Shown here: positions 58,661-64,000 of the stretch, piece after piece
Numbering within the stretch: the stretch's first letter is position 1
Layout: each line of letters begins with the position of its first letter
NCBI GenBank assembly: GCA_016186955.1
Contig: JACPKP010000009.1
Location: 97,595-161,594, forward strand
From: Candidatus Daviesbacteria bacterium
GTDB lineage: Bacteria; Patescibacteriota; Microgenomatia; Daviesbacterales; UBA10151
Reading direction: 5' to 3'
DNA length: 64,000 nucleotides
Translations under genes and position numbers: made by a program
Notes under the pieces: generated by a model
Seen by the model: the letters and a program-made list of their open reading frames with translations, nothing else
Told to the model about the DNA's origin: nothing
Databases searched by the model: none

Positions 58661-59530
58661 ATGAAGATTGGAGATTTAGTTAAAAGAAATATCCGCAGGA
58701 CTCCATACCAGGCTTTGGCTGCAACAATGGTAATGTTTTTAACATTTTTAACCCTGCTTGTTTTTCTTCTTCTGGCATTGGGGTCGCAGGAAATCCTGAA
58801 GTACTATGAAAGTAAACCCCAGGCGATAGCATTTTTTAAAGACAATACAACTGCAGAAGATGTAAAAGCTATTGAGAATGCTTTGAAGCAATCAGGCACA
58901 GTTACATCATTGAAGTTTGTTTCCAAAGAAGAGGCATTAAAAATTTATCAGGACAGGAACAAAAGTAACCCGACATTGCTTGAACTGGTGACTGCAAATA
59001 TTTTACCTGCATCACTTGAAATTTCCACATCCTCTCCCAAAGATTTGGGTGTGCTTGCTGCCATATTGAAGAAGGAGCCTGTTGTTGAAGAAGTGGTTTA
59101 CCCCGAAGATGTAGTTGCCGCCTTGACCAAGGCTACGGGTGTTGTAAGGATTATTGGGTTGGTTTCAGTTTCTTTTCTGATAATCTTCGCATCTTTGGTC
59201 ATACTAATGGTGATTGGTTTTAAGATCAGATTAAAAAGAGGGGAGATAGAAACAATGAAACTCCTGGGTGCTTCAAGTTGGTTTATCAGGGCTCCTTTTC
59301 TCCTTGAAGGGGTGGCTTACGGAGTGATTGGCGCACTATCAGCTTGGATTATCAGTTATATGACTTTGTGGTATTTTACACCTTTCCTGCAGGGTACTTT
59401 GGGTGAAGTTAAGTTGTTACCTGTTTCCTGGGTGATGATGCTGGCGTTGCTGTTAATTTCAATAATGACGGCAGTTTTAATAGGAGGTTTAGGTTCATAC
59501 GGTGCATTGCGCCGTTATCTTAAACTTTGA
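58661..59530 (+). CDS. ftsX: Cell division permease FtsX
   Basis: VSKEEAL, LPASLE, EIETMKLLGA..FIRAPF..EG. Confidence 0.93.
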   Translation: MKIGDLVKRNIRRTPYQALAATMVMFLTFLTLLVFLLLALGSQEILKYYESKPQAIAFFKDNTTAEDVKAIENALKQSGTVTSLKFVSKEEALKIYQDRNKSNPTLLELVTANILPASLEISTSSPKDLGVLAAILKKEPVVEEVVYPEDVVAALTKATGVVRIIGLVSVSFLIIFASLVILMVIGFKIRLKRGEIETMKLLGASSWFIRAPFLLEGVAYGVIGALSAWIISYMTLWYFTPFLQGTLGEVKLLPVSWVMMLALLLISIMTAVLIGGLGSYGALRRYLKL

Positions 59531-59568
59531 ATGATTCTCATGAATGCAGAAATTCCTGCATTCTAAAT

Positions 59569-60798
59569 ATGGTTATGAAACTTCTGACCAAAATTTCACT
59601 TTGCTGCCTGCTTTCATTATTAATATTCAACCAGCTGATCCCAAATTTGGTTCTTGCCCAATCGGAAGATGATTTGGACAGGCAGCTTCGTGAGAAACAG
59701 GAACAGATTAAAAAGCTTGAGGGTGAGCTGCAAAAAGCACAACAAGAAGAGAAAACATTAAATTCACAGCTTAAATATATTGACGGTCAAACCCAGCTTA
59801 CCCAGTTAAAAATCCAGGAAACTTTATTTTTAATTACTAAAACCAGCAAAGAGATTGAAGAATTGACAAATAGAATTATCAGGCTATCTTCAACTGTTGA
59901 TTCGATAGCAACGATTTTGCTGGGGCGGATTGTCAATACTTATAAATACGGTAATTACACTACCCTTGATTTAATCTTTTCTTCCCATGGTTTTTCAGAC
60001 CTTTTGACAAGGGTCAAATATATCCAGGTTGCACAGGCCAATGACAAAAAAGTTTTATACCAGCTGCAAGCTACAAAAACTTCATTCAGCGACCAAAAAA
60101 ACGAAAAGCAGACCAAACAGGCGCAACAGAACAAACTCAAAAAAGATTTGGAAAATTATTCCGCCCAACTTGAAGTCCAAAAAAAAGCTAAGGAGGACTT
60201 AATAAAAATTACCAAAAACAGTGAAGCAAAATTCCAAGCTGAGCTGGCAAGACTACGGGCAGACACAGAATCAATCAGCAGGGCGCTGGCAGGAAGAGGT
60301 GTTAAGCTTGGGGATGTAAACAGGGGGGACAGGATTGCTTCTATTGGAAGTTCAGGTTGTTCAACCGGGCCGCATCTGCACTTTGAAGTGATGACTCCGG
60401 CAAGAGTAGAAAATGGAGCAGTTACTCGGGAATGTAAAGATGGTAGTGGTAATCCAATTACGTGTAAGATTGACCCAAAACCATATTTGGATTCAGGTAA
60501 ATTAGGTAAACCAACTGCCAATTATAACGGAGGAGATTGTTCAGAAAGTAACAGTTGTAATGTGGGGGAAATATCTACCCGCTTTGGTCAGCGCTATTTC
60601 TTAGGTACGCATAGCGGTTTAGATATTGTAGAATATGCCGGGACATCAATTTATGCTGCAGACAAAGGAGTATCTTATTCTTTTGCTGACAGTCAAGTGT
60701 GTAATGCTTCAGGAATTCCTCTCCCCCACACTGTAGGTAAAGGGGTGGTGGTTGACCATCAAAACGGTACAGTCACACTGTATTGGCATATTCCATAG
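59569..60798 (+). CDS. EnvC/PcsB-like coiled-coil protein with circularly permuted M23 domain
   Basis: Signal peptide, coiled coil, STGPHLHF before HSGLD, ends LYWHIP. Confidence 0.88.
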   Translation: MVMKLLTKISLCCLLSLLIFNQLIPNLVLAQSEDDLDRQLREKQEQIKKLEGELQKAQQEEKTLNSQLKYIDGQTQLTQLKIQETLFLITKTSKEIEELTNRIIRLSSTVDSIATILLGRIVNTYKYGNYTTLDLIFSSHGFSDLLTRVKYIQVAQANDKKVLYQLQATKTSFSDQKNEKQTKQAQQNKLKKDLENYSAQLEVQKKAKEDLIKITKNSEAKFQAELARLRADTESISRALAGRGVKLGDVNRGDRIASIGSSGCSTGPHLHFEVMTPARVENGAVTRECKDGSGNPITCKIDPKPYLDSGKLGKPTANYNGGDCSESNSCNVGEISTRFGQRYFLGTHSGLDIVEYAGTSIYAADKGVSYSFADSQVCNASGIPLPHTVGKGVVVDHQNGTVTLYWHIP

Positions 60799-62194
60799 GC
60801 TGGCAGTGTTTTTTTACAATATCCACCAGCCCTTGGTTGACAATGCAATTTTCCAGCCTGAAGGATTTTAAAATATCATCAATTTTTTCTTCGGACATCC
60901 CTTTAAAAAGCAAAACATACTCTTTTTGTAATATGGTCCCTGTTGCATTCGAAAGAGTGTTGTTTAATAAGGTCCAAACCTCTGCGTCTCCCTTTAACTC
61001 CTTTTCCAGCAAAAGACCATATTCTTTTAATTTATGTTTGGCAACTGTCATTGGCATCCAGTGCATCCAGGGATCCGCTCCAAACTCTTTTTTTACATTG
61101 AGTAAAGGTTGGATAAGCTGCATATAATCTGATTTTGGATCCGGCGTAACCCAGCCCATTGTCCCGGTATCCTTATAAGTCCAAAGAGTCCAGTGAATAC
61201 CTAATTTTTCCAACAGATCAATCTGGTCATCTAAGGCTTTTAAGCGGTATCCGGTTTCTGATTGGGGACCGTTATAAACAGAACCAAATTCCCCTGCCCA
61301 AAGGGGAACATTATATTTTTTAGCAAATTTTGTTCCTTCTTCACCTTCAAACTTATTTTTTTGTTTCAATTTATTCCAATATTCCCCCCTGATCTTTCCA
61401 GGGTAAGGACCAGGGCCAAATCCCGGGGGATGATAGTTGTGGGTTGAGTAAACCAGGTTTTGGGTGAAAGGCTCTTCCAGTTTGGAGTATTTATTGGTAA
61501 AATGGTCACCCTCAAGAAATATTATATGGTTGGGGTCAATCTTTCTAATCTCTAAAACAACCCGCTTATTCAGTTTGTTTAAAAGATCCCACCTTAAATT
61601 ACCCCCGAATTGTCCGGTTGAGGGCTCATTTAAGATTTCATATCCTGCAACTGCGGTATTATTTTTAAATTCACGGGCAAGGGTATTCCATAAAGCCACC
61701 AACCGGTTTTGAAAGTGCGGATGGTCCCATAAAGAAGCGGTACCAGTGTTATTATCACAATGCCAATCGGAGTTTTGGTATCCTTGCGCTGCATGGAGGT
61801 CTAAAATTGCATAAAGGGAGTATTTTTCGCACCAGCCCAGAACCTGTTTTAACCTGTGGAAGCCCTCATCTCTATAAAAATATGGTTTTTGGTCATTTTC
61901 AAGGTGGCGGTAATTGAAAGGTATCCTTATGGAATTTATTCCCAAATTTTTTACAAACGCGATGTCTTGTTCTGTAATAAAGTGGTCAAGCATTCTGTCA
62001 AAGAAGAACTTAGCTTTTAAAATTCCTAACTCCTGAATGAAAATCTGACGGAGGGTATGTTCAACCCCGGGGAAACCGTTGATAAAATTTTCCATATTCA
62101 TCCATCCGCCCAAGGATACTCCTTTGAGCAGAATAGGTTTGCCGTCTGGGGTTAAAATTTTGTCCCGCTCAACTTTTAGGAATTTACCATACAT
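60773..62194 (-). CDS. Glycoside hydrolase family 5
   Basis: IRIPF, LDLHA, ILNEP, HNY, GEFG. Confidence 0.92.
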   Translation of the reverse strand: MYGKFLKVERDKILTPDGKPILLKGVSLGGWMNMENFINGFPGVEHTLRQIFIQELGILKAKFFFDRMLDHFITEQDIAFVKNLGINSIRIPFNYRHLENDQKPYFYRDEGFHRLKQVLGWCEKYSLYAILDLHAAQGYQNSDWHCDNNTGTASLWDHPHFQNRLVALWNTLAREFKNNTAVAGYEILNEPSTGQFGGNLRWDLLNKLNKRVVLEIRKIDPNHIIFLEGDHFTNKYSKLEEPFTQNLVYSTHNYHPPGFGPGPYPGKIRGEYWNKLKQKNKFEGEEGTKFAKKYNVPLWAGEFGSVYNGPQSETGYRLKALDDQIDLLEKLGIHWTLWTYKDTGTMGWVTPDPKSDYMQLIQPLLNVKKEFGADPWMHWMPMTVAKHKLKEYGLLLEKELKGDAEVWTLLNNTLSNATGTILQKEYVLLFKGMSEEKIDDILKSFRLENCIVNQGLVDIVKKHCQPMEYANTV

Positions 62195-62293
62195 ACTCTG
62201 TCAAGAGCATAGCTCAAAAAGGACGTCCAGTCAAAAACACCCAAGCCGGGCTTTCTTTTGCATGACTATGTTGTATGATAGCTTTAGTTGATT

Positions 62294-62683
62294 ATGATGA
62301 GTGATATTTTTTCCAGGTTTGCTCACAAAGTTTCAGAGATGATTGAGTCTCCGGTTGCCTTTATCCTGGCGCTTGAAATTTTAATCCTTTGGGCCCTGTC
62401 GGGTTATGCATTCCATTTTTCAGATACCTGGCAGCTGGTTATCAATACAGGCACCACAATAGTGACTTTCCTGGTGGTTTTTTTAATCCAGAATACCCAA
62501 AACAGGAACGATAAAGCTATCCAGCTCAAATTAAATGAATTAATCAGGGCTTTAAAAAACGCCAGGAATAGTTTCGTGGATCTGGAAGATTTGACGGAAG
62601 AAGAGCTTGATAAACTTCATGTGCAGTTTGTTAAGTTAAGGAACAAAAAAATCAAAACAATAAAAACAAGAAAAAAAAGATAG
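62294..62683 (+). CDS. Low-affinity iron permease (Fet4-like) family protein
   Basis: FSDTWQLVINTGTTIVTFL..LIQNTQNR..KL.ELI. Confidence 0.9.
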   Translation: MMSDIFSRFAHKVSEMIESPVAFILALEILILWALSGYAFHFSDTWQLVINTGTTIVTFLVVFLIQNTQNRNDKAIQLKLNELIRALKNARNSFVDLEDLTEEELDKLHVQFVKLRNKKIKTIKTRKKR

Positions 62684-62687
62684 GTAA

Positions 62688-63767
62688 CTAGAGGGAGCTC
62701 TCCAGTCTTGTTTCCGCCTCTATGAAATCATCAAGATTGCCGTCAAGGACACCCTCTGCATTTGAGGTTTCAATATTGGTCCGCAGGTCCTTGACCATTT
62801 TATAGGGATGGAGTACATAAGAGCGGATTTGGGTGCCCCAAGAGGCTTGAGTTGTGGTTCCCCGCATTTCTTTTTCTGCCTGCTTTTGTTCCAGCTGTTG
62901 TTTATCCCAAAGTTTCGCCATTAAAATTTTCATGGCATTTTCCCTGTTTTGCAGTTGTGACCTTTCTGTTTGGGCTGTTACAACAATACCTGTTGGGACA
63001 TGCTTGAGCCTGACAGCGGTTGAGACTTTATTGACATTTTGTCCGCCAGCCCCGCCGGAACGGAAAGCTTCAAATTCAATATCAGCTTCATTGATCTGTA
63101 CTTCTTCTTGGTTTTCAATGACCGGTAACACCTCTACCAGAGCAAAAGAAGTTTGCCTCAGGTGGTCAGCGTTGAAAGGGGATTGCCTGACTAACCTGTG
63201 TGTCCCCTTCTCGTTTTTTAAAAGACCGTAAGAGTAGGGTTTATGTACAATCATGGACATCTGCTTGATCCCGGTCTCTTCCCCTAAACTTTCATCAGTA
63301 ATTTCATACTCCCAGCTTTTTTTATCAAAAAAACGCTGGTACATCCTCGAAAGCATTTTTGCCCAATCCATTGCTTCAACCCCGCCTGTACCTGAATGGA
63401 TAGAGATAATTGCTTCGGAATTGTCATGAGGACCTGATAAAAAAAGCCGCAATTCCACTTCGGAGAGAATTTTTTCAATCTGGCCCGTTTCGATGTCCAA
63501 GTCTTGTTGCATGTCAGCCTCTTCTGCAACTTCCAGCGCATTTTGTATACGTTGTTCTAAATCTTCTAAGGTTTGCAATAATTTTGTTTTTTCTGAAAGC
63601 TGACGGCTGGTTGCTGAGGACTCTTTTTGATCATTCCAAAATCCTTCCTTCATGGTTTTGGCCTCCATCTCCCTGATCTCCCTGTGTATAAAATCCCGGT
63701 CAATCTGGGTGGATATTTTTTCAAACCTGTTTTTCTGGTCTGAGAGTTTATTTTTAATCTCATCCAT
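62688..63767 (-). CDS. prfB: Peptide chain release factor 2, no programmed frameshift
   Basis: SPF motif, GGQ, continuous ORF. Confidence 0.96.
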   Translation of the reverse strand: MDEIKNKLSDQKNRFEKISTQIDRDFIHREIREMEAKTMKEGFWNDQKESSATSRQLSEKTKLLQTLEDLEQRIQNALEVAEEADMQQDLDIETGQIEKILSEVELRLFLSGPHDNSEAIISIHSGTGGVEAMDWAKMLSRMYQRFFDKKSWEYEITDESLGEETGIKQMSMIVHKPYSYGLLKNEKGTHRLVRQSPFNADHLRQTSFALVEVLPVIENQEEVQINEADIEFEAFRSGGAGGQNVNKVSTAVRLKHVPTGIVVTAQTERSQLQNRENAMKILMAKLWDKQQLEQKQAEKEMRGTTTQASWGTQIRSYVLHPYKMVKDLRTNIETSNAEGVLDGNLDDFIEAETRLESSL

Positions 63768-63814
63768 GGGAAGATTATATCAATTTTGGGATCAAATAAC
63801 ATATTTGGGATCAA

Positions 63815-63920
63815 ATGAAGCTTCGCTCCGATGAACATCGAGGCGGTTTCTTCCAGAAATCGCTTCTTTCCGTCGCCTTCATCCGTGGACTTATTAGTCC
63901 ACGGATTTCGGCAGACTCCA
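63815..63920. mobile_element. Putative non-autonomous IS200/IS605-type miniature element
   Basis: TGAAGC start, three hairpins, ending CGCCTTCATCCGTGGACTTATTAGTCCACGGATTTCGGC with an 11-bp stem (63881-63906). Confidence 0.5.
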
Positions 63921-64000
63921 ATAAGACGGAGACAATACATAGCTATAGCTACTCATTGTCTCTTTTTATTAATTGTGTTAATCTTTGGCAATGGGTAAAG

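Noticed and set aside
59542-59563. GAATGCAG/CTGCATTC hairpin as an intrinsic terminator
   Set aside because: No U-tract and it lies just before the next start; may be a processing or translation element but unsupported
63680-63767. prfB +1 programmed frameshift
   Set aside because: ORF is continuous; no CTT-TGA-C site
1-64000. Alternative genetic code (UGA=Gly)
   Set aside because: Conserved genes end at TGA and RF2 is encoded

Overview
Gene-dense, low-GC bacterial chromosome segment using the standard code (TGA stops are used and prfB is present). By gene content, protein style and near absence of Shine-Dalgarno motifs it looks like a Patescibacteria/CPR genome, probably Microgenomates (inference). 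The core genes are trxB, mgtE, a P-type ATPase, guaB, purA, sufB, nrdR-nrdJ-cobO, lon, hppA, greA-lysS-serS, secA, rsmH, tsaE, ftsEX-M23, prfB and tRNA-Glu(CTC). Secreted proteases, glycosidases and orphan genes are interspersed. No integrase, transposase, RT, CRISPR or rRNA is visible. Most notable: (1) a three-gene J-domain Ser/Thr kinase / vWA / truncated pyruvate-kinase-like operon; (2) at least four families of tiny palindromic elements, found intergenically, nested in each other, and in frame inside conserved genes (dacA-like, lysS, secA, HD protein, ATPase), two of which supply stop codons; (3) an orphan gene fused to a duplicated 60-nt purA 5' end, next to an IMPDH with altered phosphate-binding residues; (4) a four-helix-bundle gene bracketed by inverted heptamer repeats; (5) an unannotated 49-aa Cys-rich metallothionein-like gene whose promoter replaces the C-terminus of the P-type ATPase; (6) a circularly permuted M23 domain; (7) CIRCE and NrdR boxes and pervasive leaderless promoter geometry.
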